DNA of 64,000 bases, from contig JBBRSP010000027.1 of assembly GCA_038245295.1 (NCBI GenBank), forward strand, positions 19,539 through 83,538. Reading direction: 5' to 3'. Made by a program: the position numbers and the translations under genes. This DNA comes from Candidatus Binatia bacterium (lineage in GTDB: Bacteria; Desulfobacterota; Binatia; HRBIN30). Below, piece after piece: positions 1-8,570 of the stretch. The stretch's first letter is position 1, and each line of letters starts with the position of its first letter. Under the pieces are notes generated by a model. That model ran no database searches, was not told where the DNA came from, and saw only the letters and a program-made list of their open reading frames with translations.

Positions 1-306
1 CGTGAAGAAGCGGACGATACCGGGAACCGCGCGCTCTGTCTCTACCGGCGCCGCGAGCGCTTCAACGACGCGTCGCGCCGCATCGAGATCATCGACCAAC
101 ACGGCGAAGTGATGCCGGCCCAGAGGTTTGGATGGCCCCGTCGACAGGTGAATCTGCGTCCCATCGGGAATCCTGAACCAGGCGCCGCTGCGGCCGGGCG
201 TGCCGGCGCGCTGGATCTCCTCGAGGCCGAGGGCGCGATAGAACAGCAGGGATCGGTCGAGATCGGATACCTCGACATTGACGTGCAGCAACGATGAGAT
301 GCGCAT
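1..306 (-). CDS. VOC/glyoxalase family protein (3' end runs off the window; not in ORF track)
   Basis: Manual translation from ATG at 306: MRISSLLHVNVEVSDLDRSLLFYRALGL...QIHL...HHFAVLVDDLDAA, typical VOC motifs. Starts 5 bp after the ilvE stop. Confidence 0.85.
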   Translation of the reverse strand, partial: MRISSLLHVNVEVSDLDRSLLFYRALGLEEIQRAGTPGRSGAWFRIPDGTQIHLSTGPSKPLGRHHFAVLVDDLDAARRVVEALAAPVETERAVPGIVRFFT

Positions 307-311
307 GCTGT

Positions 312-1181
312 CTACCAGATGGCCGTTCCCTCGTTGCGCACCAGGGCGTGGAAAACCTCGGTCAACCGTCGAGTGAGAGGCCCGGGTTGACCGTTGCCGA
401 TGACGCGGCCGTCGACGCGGGTAACCGGCATCAATTCGGCGCCCGTGCCGGTGACGAAGCACTCCTCGGCGGTGAAGACGTCAAAGCGGGTCAGGCGTGT
501 CTCGGCGACGGCGACGCCCGCTTCACCGGCGAGCTCGAGCACGGCGCCGCGCGTGATTCCCTCGAGGGCGCCGTCTTGCGGGGACGGCGTCAGTAGCTTC
601 CCTTGGCGCACGACGAACAAGTTGTCGGCCGTGCACTCGGCGACGTAGCCGGCACTATTGAGCATGATGGCCTCTTCGGCGCCGGCTTCCTGGGCGTCGA
701 GCTTCGCGAGGACGTTCTTCAGATAGTTGAGTGATTTGATGCGCGAGTCGAACGCATCGTGTGCGACTTGGCGGGTCGCCACGGTGACGACCTTGATGCC
801 GCCGGCGTAGAGCTCGCGGGGGTAGACGCGAATATCCGTGCAGATGCAGAATACCGTTGCCTTCGGACACTTGCGTGGATCAATGCCGAGATCGCCGACG
901 CCACGCGTGACGACCAAACGGATGTAGCCATCCTCTTTCTGATTGCGTCGCACGGACTCGCGCACCACATCGCACATCTCGGCATGGGAGAGCGGGATGG
1001 TGAGAGCCAGGGCACGTGCTGAATCGTACAATCGGTCGATGTGGGCTTCGAGCCGGAAGATGCGCCGGTTGTACACGCGAATGCCTTCGAATACGCCGTC
1101 ACCGTAGAGCAAGCCATGATCAAAGACCGACACCGTCGCCGATTCGCGTGGCACCCACGCACCGTCGAGATAAATATCCAT
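312..1181 (-). CDS. ilvE: Branched-chain amino acid aminotransferase (PLP class IV)
   Basis: DHGLLYGDGVFEGIR, IKSLNYL (PLP Lys), LEGITR, TGTGAE motifs. Start taken at MDIYLDG. Confidence 0.93.
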   Translation of the reverse strand: MDIYLDGAWVPRESATVSVFDHGLLYGDGVFEGIRVYNRRIFRLEAHIDRLYDSARALALTIPLSHAEMCDVVRESVRRNQKEDGYIRLVVTRGVGDLGIDPRKCPKATVFCICTDIRVYPRELYAGGIKVVTVATRQVAHDAFDSRIKSLNYLKNVLAKLDAQEAGAEEAIMLNSAGYVAECTADNLFVVRQGKLLTPSPQDGALEGITRGAVLELAGEAGVAVAETRLTRFDVFTAEECFVTGTGAELMPVTRVDGRVIGNGQPGPLTRRLTEVFHALVRNEGTAIW

Positions 1182-1355
1182 GACGTAGACACTCGCCAAA
1201 ACGGGGCGCTGCAGTCAAGGCGGGATGTGCGCTTCGGATTCCAACTTCGTGAACCAGCCACCCAGCGCGCGCGCCAGCCCGCACCGGGGGCGACTCGTGG
1301 TGGCATTGTGTCGCATCCAATTGATATGAGGTCAGGAGTTCCTCGGAGGTAGGCC

Positions 1356-2291
1356 TTGCCAACGCCCGCTCTTTCTCTCGGCACCATGAATTTCGGCAAA
1401 CGCGTCGACGAAACCGAGGCAAAGCGTATCGTCGCCCACGCGTTGGAAATTGGCGTGACGACCTTCGATACCGCCAACGCCTACGGTGATGGCGAATCGG
1501 AGCGCATCCTCGGTCGCGCTCTCAGGAAAGTTGGCGGCAGCTACCGCATCGCCACGAAGGTCGGGCTCGCCCGAGTCGATGGTAAAGTGGAGGGCCTCGC
1601 GCCGACGGTCATCGAGGCGGCCGTGGAGCAGAGCCTGACACGGCTCGGCGTCGAACGCATCGACCTCTACTATCTGCACGCCCCCGATGCGCAGACGCCG
1701 ATCGAGGACTCGCTGGACGCGCTGGGGCGGCTGTTGCAAAACGGCAAGATTGCCGGTTGGGGCGTGTCGAATTTTGCCGCCTGGCAAATTCTCGAGATTG
1801 ATCATCTGGTCGACGCGGCGGGCATGCCTCGTCCGGCCGTGTCGCAGGTGTTGTACAACGTCCTCATGCGCGAGCTCGAAATCGAGTACTTGCCATTCTG
1901 CCGCCGGTATCCATGCCACACCACCGTTTACAACCCCCTCGCCGGTGGATTGCTGACCGGCACCCTGAGCCAGGGGCAAGCCGCCCCGAAGGGATCACGC
2001 TTCGCCACCAATCCGATCTATCGACGGCGCTACCTGACGCCGCGCATGTTCGAGCGCGTCGAGTCGTTGCGCGCCATCGCCGACGCGGAAGGAGTGTCGC
2101 TCCTCGTTCTGGCATACGCCTGGCTCGCGGCGCGACCGGGTGTCGACTCAATCCTGGTCGGCCCGGCGTCGTGCGGTCACTTGGAAGACGCGGCGCTGGC
2201 GATTTCGAGGAAGCTTTCGCCGGAGTGCCTCCAGAAGATCGAGGCTCTGCATCAACGAGAACGCGGCAGCGATACGGTGTACGCACGTTGA
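1356..2291 (+). CDS. Aldo/keto reductase
   Basis: LGTMNFG, FDTANAYG, IATK, IDLYYLHAPD, GVSNF, YNPLAGGLLTG. Confidence 0.92.
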   Translation: MPTPALSLGTMNFGKRVDETEAKRIVAHALEIGVTTFDTANAYGDGESERILGRALRKVGGSYRIATKVGLARVDGKVEGLAPTVIEAAVEQSLTRLGVERIDLYYLHAPDAQTPIEDSLDALGRLLQNGKIAGWGVSNFAAWQILEIDHLVDAAGMPRPAVSQVLYNVLMRELEIEYLPFCRRYPCHTTVYNPLAGGLLTGTLSQGQAAPKGSRFATNPIYRRRYLTPRMFERVESLRAIADAEGVSLLVLAYAWLAARPGVDSILVGPASCGHLEDAALAISRKLSPECLQKIEALHQRERGSDTVYAR

Positions 2292-3121
2292 TGGAGCTCC
2301 TCTGTCGCGCGCCCGATGACTTGGACATCGAGGCCGTTTCCCGCGAGTTCTTCGAGCTTGGCTACGCGCGCCTCGGTCCGTGCGCCAGCCCGGCGATCCT
2401 CGAAGCACTGCGCGCCCGCCTCGACGAGATCATGCTGGGGGGAGTCGATCACCACCCGTTCTTCTACCAGCACGACTCCGCCAATGGTGACTACGAAGAC
2501 CTGCCGCGCGGCGAAGGCTGGCAGGGTCCGAGCCGAGACTATCGCAAGATCGAGAAACTGGAGCGCGACCCGGTCTTCTGGGCATGGCTCAACAATCCCC
2601 TATTCGCGCGCCTGGCCCATTCGTTGGTAGGACCAGAGATCAGCCTGTGTCGTGCCCTCGTGTTTACGAAGAGTGCGGCCGGCGGCACGCATCTGCCATG
2701 GCATCAAGACGGCGGTCTCTTCTGGGGTCTCGATCGCGCGCCGTTCCTGCAGGTCTGGACCGCCCTCGATGATGCTCCGGTCGAGGCCGGGTGTGTGGAA
2801 GTTATCCCGGGCACACATCGCGGTGGGCTAACGCGTCCGTTCGGCGGGTTGGTCACAGCCGACCGTGTCGCCCCGGTGATCGTACACACGCCGGTCATCG
2901 CACTGCCGGCGGTCGCGGGTGAGGTGATTCTCATCCACAACCTCCTTTGGCATCGGTCGGGACGCAACACGACGGGCAAACCGCGGCGGGGATTTTCCGC
3001 CTGCTTGATGGACGCCGCGACGCGGTGCCTGCGCAAGCGCGGCGCACCGCGCCAGTTTCGGCGTGTGTTTGCCCCCGAGGTTGTCCTTGCGGGGGCCGGA
3101 AAGACTCAAGTTTCCAATTAG
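2291..3121 (+). CDS. Phytanoyl-CoA dioxygenase (PhyH) family Fe(II)/2-oxoglutarate enzyme
   Basis: PWHQDG...WTALDD...GCVEVIPGTH...HRSGRN...RR. ATG overlaps the AKR stop (TGATG). Confidence 0.88.
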   Translation: MELLCRAPDDLDIEAVSREFFELGYARLGPCASPAILEALRARLDEIMLGGVDHHPFFYQHDSANGDYEDLPRGEGWQGPSRDYRKIEKLERDPVFWAWLNNPLFARLAHSLVGPEISLCRALVFTKSAAGGTHLPWHQDGGLFWGLDRAPFLQVWTALDDAPVEAGCVEVIPGTHRGGLTRPFGGLVTADRVAPVIVHTPVIALPAVAGEVILIHNLLWHRSGRNTTGKPRRGFSACLMDAATRCLRKRGAPRQFRRVFAPEVVLAGAGKTQVSN

Positions 3122-3198
3122 TTCAGTCTCGATGAACGGCTGTTCCATGGGCAATCACGCCGAGGCGGTGTGATTCAGCCATTTGGGAGGAGCCCTCA

Positions 3199-5586
3199 AT
3201 GATTCGTGCCGACCTCAGAACAGCAGCCGGGTTGTGCGTACCCATGCGTGGAACGGGCGATGAGCGTCCCCGCCACGTCGGCACGCCGCGCGTGTACCGG
3301 TGGCGGCGGGCGGTCTTTGGCCCGCTGGCCTGCCTAGCCGCTCTGCTCATCGCGGCGGCGGCGCCGGCGTTTGCGGTCACCATCAGTGTAACCCCGACCG
3401 CTGTCTCCGTGCCGATCGGCGGCGACCGCCAGCTCAGTGTGTTCGCCGACGGCGTCGCCACGAGTGCGGTGCTGTGGACCGTCAACGGGATTCCGAACGG
3501 CGACTCAACCGTTGGCACGATCAGCGCCACCGGCATGTACAATGCGCCCCTGCAGCCGCCCGTCGGTTGGATCGTCACGGCGACAGCGACCAGCACAGCA
3601 GACCCCAACGCTTCAGCCTCCTGCACCATCAAGGTGCGCAACCAGGTTCCCTGGACCACCTCGCTGAATCCCAATCCGATCCCGATCGGCTCCTTCACGC
3701 TGCAGGTGATCGGCAGCCGCTTCGTCAGCGGCGCCCAGGTGCTGTGGAACGGCACGGCGCTGGCGACAACCTACAACTCCGCGACGATGCTGACAGCCAT
3801 CGGCAACGCCTCGCAGGCGGGAGCCGTCAGCATCACCGTCGCCAACCCCGGACCGGGTGCGGTATCCACACCGCTGACGCTTACCGTGGGCTCGGCGGCA
3901 ACGACGCCGACACTGACAATCGCGACGACCGCAACGGCAACGATCGCGAAAACGGCGACGAGCGTCCCGACCATGACGCCGACCAGGAGCGCCACCAGTA
4001 CGCGGACGTTGACCTACACGCCGATCCCGACCCGCACACCAACCATCACGAAGACGCCGACGGTGACCAAGACACCGACGGCAACGCCGACACAGACTCT
4101 CAGTCCGACGCCAACCGCGACCATCGATCCGATGGCCATCACCTACGGACGCTTCCTATCGCAGGTGAGTTTTGGAGCGACGGCACAGTCCACGGCCCAC
4201 CTGGCGCAGGTGGGGATGTCGACCTACCTCGACGAACAGTTCGCCATGCCGCAGTCGCCATGGCCGCCGCTGGCCACGGCCCAACGCTCCGACGCCGTCG
4301 ATGCGTTCTTCGCCAACGCGCTTTCCGGCCAGGACCAGTTGCGACAAAGGGTGCTCTACGCGCTCAGCGAGATCATCGTCATCGCGATGAACAAAAACAC
4401 CAACGGCAATGAGATCGTGCCGTGGCTGCAACTGCTCAGTCGCAACGCCTTCGGCAATTACCGTACGCTGTTGAGTGAGCTGACTCTCGATGCCTCCATG
4501 GGCAAGTATCTCGACCTCGCCAACAGCGTCGGCACCGGCGGTGGCGGTATGGGAGGCATGGGCGGCACCGCTGCCAACGAGAACTACCCGCGCGAAGTGA
4601 TGCAGCTGTTCTCGATCGGCCTCTACCAGCTCAATCTCGACGGCACGGTTCAAGTCGACGCGCAGAACGTCGGAGTCCCGACCTACACGCAGACTGATGT
4701 TCAACAACTCGCCAAGGCGCTGTCCGGATGGACTTACGGAAACGTCAACAGCACGCCGCCGACCTACGGCAACTTCAGTTACTACCCCGGACCGATGCTA
4801 CCGGTGGCCGCCTTCCACAACAGTCAGGCGAAGACCATTCTAGGTGTTTCGATTCCGGCGGGCCAGACGGCGCAGCAGGATCTGACCTCGGCGATCAACA
4901 TCCTCTTCAATCATCCGAACGTCGGCCCGTTCCTGGCGACACGGCTCATTCGGGCCCTCGTCACCAGCAACCCGAGCCCGGCGTTCATCAGCCGTGTCGC
5001 TACGGTGTTCAACGACAATGGCTCCGGAGTCCGCGGCGACATGCCGGCTGTGGTTCGCGCCATCATCATGGACCCTGAGGCACGCGACGACGCGCCGCCG
5101 GCCAACTTCGGTCGCCTACGTACGCCGATGCAGCACACGATCGCCATGGTCCGCGCCCTCAATATTCCGATCGGCGCGGCCTCCAACTTCGCCTACCTCT
5201 TCTACGATATGAACGAAGGGATTCTCGACGCGGCGTCGGTGTTCGGTCATTATTCGCCGAGTTATCACATCCCGAAAACGCCGCTCTTCGGGCCGGAGTT
5301 CCAGATCTATTCGGCGAGCGACGCGATCAATCGTGCCAATTTCTCTTACTCGTTCTTGTACAACCCGTGGCCGCTGAACCCGGCACTGCTGCCGTACGTG
5401 AATGTCGCCGGCAATGCGGCGGGGCTGGTCAACCTGGTCGATACGAACCTGCTGTTTGGTCGCATGTCGGCCTCAACCCGGACCGCCATCCTCAACGCGA
5501 TACCGGCCATGCCGGACAACAACACCCGCGTTTTGACCGCGCTCTACCTGACCCTCGTCTCTGGCGAGTACCAGGTGCAGCGTTAA
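3199..5586 (+). CDS. Exported DUF1800-family protein with N-terminal Ig/IPT-like domains and Thr/Pro-rich linker
   Basis: GGAGG RBS; signal-like AAAAPAFA; QLRQRVxxALSEI, NENYPREVMQLFSIGL, LVTSNPSPAF motifs. Confidence 0.85.
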   Translation: MIRADLRTAAGLCVPMRGTGDERPRHVGTPRVYRWRRAVFGPLACLAALLIAAAAPAFAVTISVTPTAVSVPIGGDRQLSVFADGVATSAVLWTVNGIPNGDSTVGTISATGMYNAPLQPPVGWIVTATATSTADPNASASCTIKVRNQVPWTTSLNPNPIPIGSFTLQVIGSRFVSGAQVLWNGTALATTYNSATMLTAIGNASQAGAVSITVANPGPGAVSTPLTLTVGSAATTPTLTIATTATATIAKTATSVPTMTPTRSATSTRTLTYTPIPTRTPTITKTPTVTKTPTATPTQTLSPTPTATIDPMAITYGRFLSQVSFGATAQSTAHLAQVGMSTYLDEQFAMPQSPWPPLATAQRSDAVDAFFANALSGQDQLRQRVLYALSEIIVIAMNKNTNGNEIVPWLQLLSRNAFGNYRTLLSELTLDASMGKYLDLANSVGTGGGGMGGMGGTAANENYPREVMQLFSIGLYQLNLDGTVQVDAQNVGVPTYTQTDVQQLAKALSGWTYGNVNSTPPTYGNFSYYPGPMLPVAAFHNSQAKTILGVSIPAGQTAQQDLTSAINILFNHPNVGPFLATRLIRALVTSNPSPAFISRVATVFNDNGSGVRGDMPAVVRAIIMDPEARDDAPPANFGRLRTPMQHTIAMVRALNIPIGAASNFAYLFYDMNEGILDAASVFGHYSPSYHIPKTPLFGPEFQIYSASDAINRANFSYSFLYNPWPLNPALLPYVNVAGNAAGLVNLVDTNLLFGRMSASTRTAILNAIPAMPDNNTRVLTALYLTLVSGEYQVQR

Positions 5587-5611
5587 CCGAGACGATCCAA
5601 CGAGGGATGAC

Positions 5612-6976
5612 ATGAAGACAGAACTGTCACGACGAAACTTCCTGCAACTCGGCGCCGGCGCGGCGATGCTGGCGAGCCTGGGGCGCTTCAACTGGGCCCG
5701 GGCCGCGGTCAACGACTACAAGGCGCTGGTCTGCCTATTCATGTTTGGCGGCAACGACGGCCACAACACGGTCGTGCCGCTCGGCAGCACCCAGTACAAC
5801 GCCTACAAGGCGGCGCGCGGTGCGCTTGCCCTGCCGCCCAACCAGCTGCTGCCGATCTCGGATGCGACACAGGGCGCGTTCGGCCTGCATTACGCGATGC
5901 CGGAGATGCAAACGCTTTATACCGCGGGCCAGCTGGCGATTCTCGCCAACGTCGGCATGTTGGTCCAGCCGACGACGTATTCGCAGTCGCTGCAGTCGGG
6001 CTACCCGCTGCCGCTCAACCTTCGGTCACACGCCGACCAGGTGGTGCAGATGCAGACCGGCGTGCCGAACGCCGGCGGCAGCACAGGCTGGGGTGGCCGC
6101 GCCCTCGACCTCATGGAATTTGCTTATGGGTACAACTCGACGACTAACTTCCCGGTCTCGGTGTCGATGAACAGCCCGGCCCTGTTCTGCAACGGCTCGA
6201 TTGTGCGCAACGTCAGTCTGCAACCCGGAAACGTTCTGGACCAGCCGGCGATGAGTATGTATCCCTCAAGCGCCGGAACAGCGCGACAAGCCGCGCAGGC
6301 GCAGATCGCCGCCGTGACGACCGGCAACAGCATCGTCGACTCGGCCAACAAGGTCGTCGGTGATGCCCTGGCACTCAATCCGCTCCTCAAGGCGGCGGCG
6401 GGCAGTATCAACTTCACCAAGCCGTTCCCGCTTTCGTCCCTCGGCCAGCAGCTCCAGGAAATCGCCCGCGTGATCAGCCTGAATTCGCAGCTAGGCGTCG
6501 GACGCCAAGTATTTTTCTGCAGCTTGGGCGGCTTCGATACCCACGGTGGCCAGTCGTATCAGCAGTGGAGCTTGCTGCAGGACGTCAGTCAGTCACTCGC
6601 CGCTTTCTATTGGGCGACGAATCAGTTGTTCGTCGATCAGCAGGTCACGGCCTTCACGCTTTCGGACTTCGGCCGCACGCTGCAGCCAAGCGGCACGGGC
6701 TCTGATCATGGCTGGGGAAATCACCACATGATCCTGGGCGGAGCAGTCAAAGGCGGCCAGATGTACGGCAAATTCCCGTCGATGACGAACTACGCTAACT
6801 TCAACTCGAGCAATGATGACTATGCCGACAACCGTGGCGTCATGCTGCCCGGCGTGTCGCTGGGACAATACGGCGCGACGTTGGCGAAGTGGTTTGGGGC
6901 CGGCGATCAGGATCTCAACGGCCTGTTCAACACCTTGCAACCGTTTGCCGTGCGCGACGTCGGATTCCTGCCGTAG
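5612..6976 (+). CDS. Tat-exported DUF1501-family protein
   Basis: SRRNFL twin-Arg signal; DYKALVCLFMFGGND, GGFDTH, SDFGRTL, DHGWG. Usual partner of DUF1800. Confidence 0.88.
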   Translation: MKTELSRRNFLQLGAGAAMLASLGRFNWARAAVNDYKALVCLFMFGGNDGHNTVVPLGSTQYNAYKAARGALALPPNQLLPISDATQGAFGLHYAMPEMQTLYTAGQLAILANVGMLVQPTTYSQSLQSGYPLPLNLRSHADQVVQMQTGVPNAGGSTGWGGRALDLMEFAYGYNSTTNFPVSVSMNSPALFCNGSIVRNVSLQPGNVLDQPAMSMYPSSAGTARQAAQAQIAAVTTGNSIVDSANKVVGDALALNPLLKAAAGSINFTKPFPLSSLGQQLQEIARVISLNSQLGVGRQVFFCSLGGFDTHGGQSYQQWSLLQDVSQSLAAFYWATNQLFVDQQVTAFTLSDFGRTLQPSGTGSDHGWGNHHMILGGAVKGGQMYGKFPSMTNYANFNSSNDDYADNRGVMLPGVSLGQYGATLAKWFGAGDQDLNGLFNTLQPFAVRDVGFLP

Positions 6977-7023
6977 TCCATCATGACGGCGGGAAGTACC
7001 CGCCCAGCGCGAAGCTACAACCG

Positions 7024-7060
7024 GGCCTGCCTTACGCGATTGTAACGCGTAGGGCAGGCC
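7024..7060. repeat. GTAG-type REP-like hairpin, possible terminator
   Basis: GGCCTGCCTTACGCG-ATTGTAA-CGCGTAGGGCAGGCC after the DUF1501 stop. Confidence 0.6.
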
Positions 7061-7133
7061 TCGTTTGCAGGGCAGGGGACACTGCCTCGCGCCTGGGGAT
7101 GGCGCCGACGCGCGGCATGGTACAAGCGCGCGG

Positions 7134-7793
7134 ATGCGAGTCCGCATCCAGATCGCCGGCGTCTCAACACTCGAAGAAGCTCAACAGTTGGTCGATATCG
7201 GTGTCGACGCCCTCGGGTTCACGGTACGGTTGCCGCACGGGCTTCATGACGACCTGACCGAAGCCAAAGCGCGCAGCATCATAGCCGCGTTGCCACCGTT
7301 CGCCTCCACCGTTGCGATCACATACATCGACAACGCGCGCGCAGCGGTTGAGCTTAGCCGTTACCTCGGCGTCACCGCCTTGCAGCTACACGGCGAGTTC
7401 CCGATTGCCGATCTCGAGATGCTACGCGCCGCAATGCCGCATCTGAAACTCTTGCGGGCCGTGCATGTGACGGGTCAGGAAGCACTCGCCAAGGCTCGCT
7501 CCGTGGGCCGCCGGGTCGATGCCCTCATCCTTGATACCTTCGATGCGGCGACCGGGCGTGCCGGCGCGACGGGCCTCACACACGATTGGTCGATCAGTCG
7601 CCAGATCGTTGAATCGGCGCGTGTGCCGGTGATCCTGGCCGGAGGCCTCAACCCAAACAACGTCGCCGAGGCGATCGGCGTCGTGCGTCCGTGGGGTGTC
7701 GACGTCCACACCGGCATCGAGGACAGCGACGGGCGCCGCAATCCGGAAAAGTTGCGCGCCTTTGTCGCCGCCGTGAGGGATTGCGCTGTGTGA
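7134..7793 (+). CDS. Phosphoribosylanthranilate isomerase (TrpF)-like protein, catalytic Cys absent
   Basis: LQLHG, LILDT, GATGLTHDW, LAGGLNP, GVDV motifs. N-terminal QIAG instead of KICG. Confidence 0.8.
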   Translation: MRVRIQIAGVSTLEEAQQLVDIGVDALGFTVRLPHGLHDDLTEAKARSIIAALPPFASTVAITYIDNARAAVELSRYLGVTALQLHGEFPIADLEMLRAAMPHLKLLRAVHVTGQEALAKARSVGRRVDALILDTFDAATGRAGATGLTHDWSISRQIVESARVPVILAGGLNPNNVAEAIGVVRPWGVDVHTGIEDSDGRRNPEKLRAFVAAVRDCAV

Positions 7794-7850
7794 GCGATTG
7801 TCACACTAGAGAGCAGCACAACTGAAACCGTCCGTACGGAGGAATCGTCG

Positions 7851-8402
7851 ATGGCCCGTATTCCCTATGTCGAGGCAGAAACCGCGCCGGCCGCGGTGCG
7901 CGAGGTTCTCGAGCGCTTGCCGGTCAAGTTGAACATCTTTCGCGTCATGGCGCATGCCGAAACAAACGTCCGCCCTCTGCTTCGCCTCGGGCAGTCGATC
8001 CTCAGCGCCCAACTGCTTTCACCGAAGCTGCGCGAACTGGCGATCCTGCGCGTCGCCAAGTTGTCGCAAGCACCGTACGAGTGGGTCCAACATGTTCCGA
8101 TCGGCCTTGCCGTCGGCATGACCCAGGAGCAGGTCGACGCGCTTGATCGTGGTGATGCCGCCGCCACTTGTTTCGATGCGACCGAACAACTCGTGCTACG
8201 CTTCACCGATGAGGTGGTGCGCGACGTCGGCTGCAGTGAGGCAACCTTCACGGCGCTGGCGGAAAAGCTCAGCACCCAGGAGCTGGTCGAGTTGGTCCTC
8301 GCCGTCGGCTTCTACATGACGATGGCGCGTCTGATGGAGACGTTCCAGATCGATATCGAACCCGGAGTTGGGGATCGCATTCTGGCGAACATGAAGCGGT
8401 AG
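7851..8402 (+). CDS. Carboxymuconolactone decarboxylase (AhpD-like) family protein
   Basis: LRELAILRVA...YEWVQH...ELVELVLAVGFY; GGAGG RBS. Confidence 0.85.
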   Translation: MARIPYVEAETAPAAVREVLERLPVKLNIFRVMAHAETNVRPLLRLGQSILSAQLLSPKLRELAILRVAKLSQAPYEWVQHVPIGLAVGMTQEQVDALDRGDAAATCFDATEQLVLRFTDEVVRDVGCSEATFTALAEKLSTQELVELVLAVGFYMTMARLMETFQIDIEPGVGDRILANMKR

Positions 8403-8418
8403 GACGTGTTCCGCGCCC

Positions 8419-8480
8419 GGGCATGGGCGCGGGCACGTTGGCGAGATCCGTGCTCCCCACCCGTGCCCGCGCCCATGCCC
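8419..8480. repeat. Perfect 19-bp inverted repeat built from GGGCAY hexamers
   Basis: GGGCATGGGCGCGGGCACG (8419-8437) / CGTGCCCGCGCCCATGCCC (8462-8480). Confidence 0.75.
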
Positions 8481-8570
8481 ATGCCCGATTCGAATGGAAC
8501 CCAATCTGCCCCGCATGCATGCACCGCAGTCACTCCCGCTAGCAACGCAACTTCGGTAAGAACGTCTGCC

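Noticed and set aside
3900..4125. Tandem repeats in DNA
   Set aside because: Explained by the Thr/Pro-rich linker codons of the DUF1800 protein.
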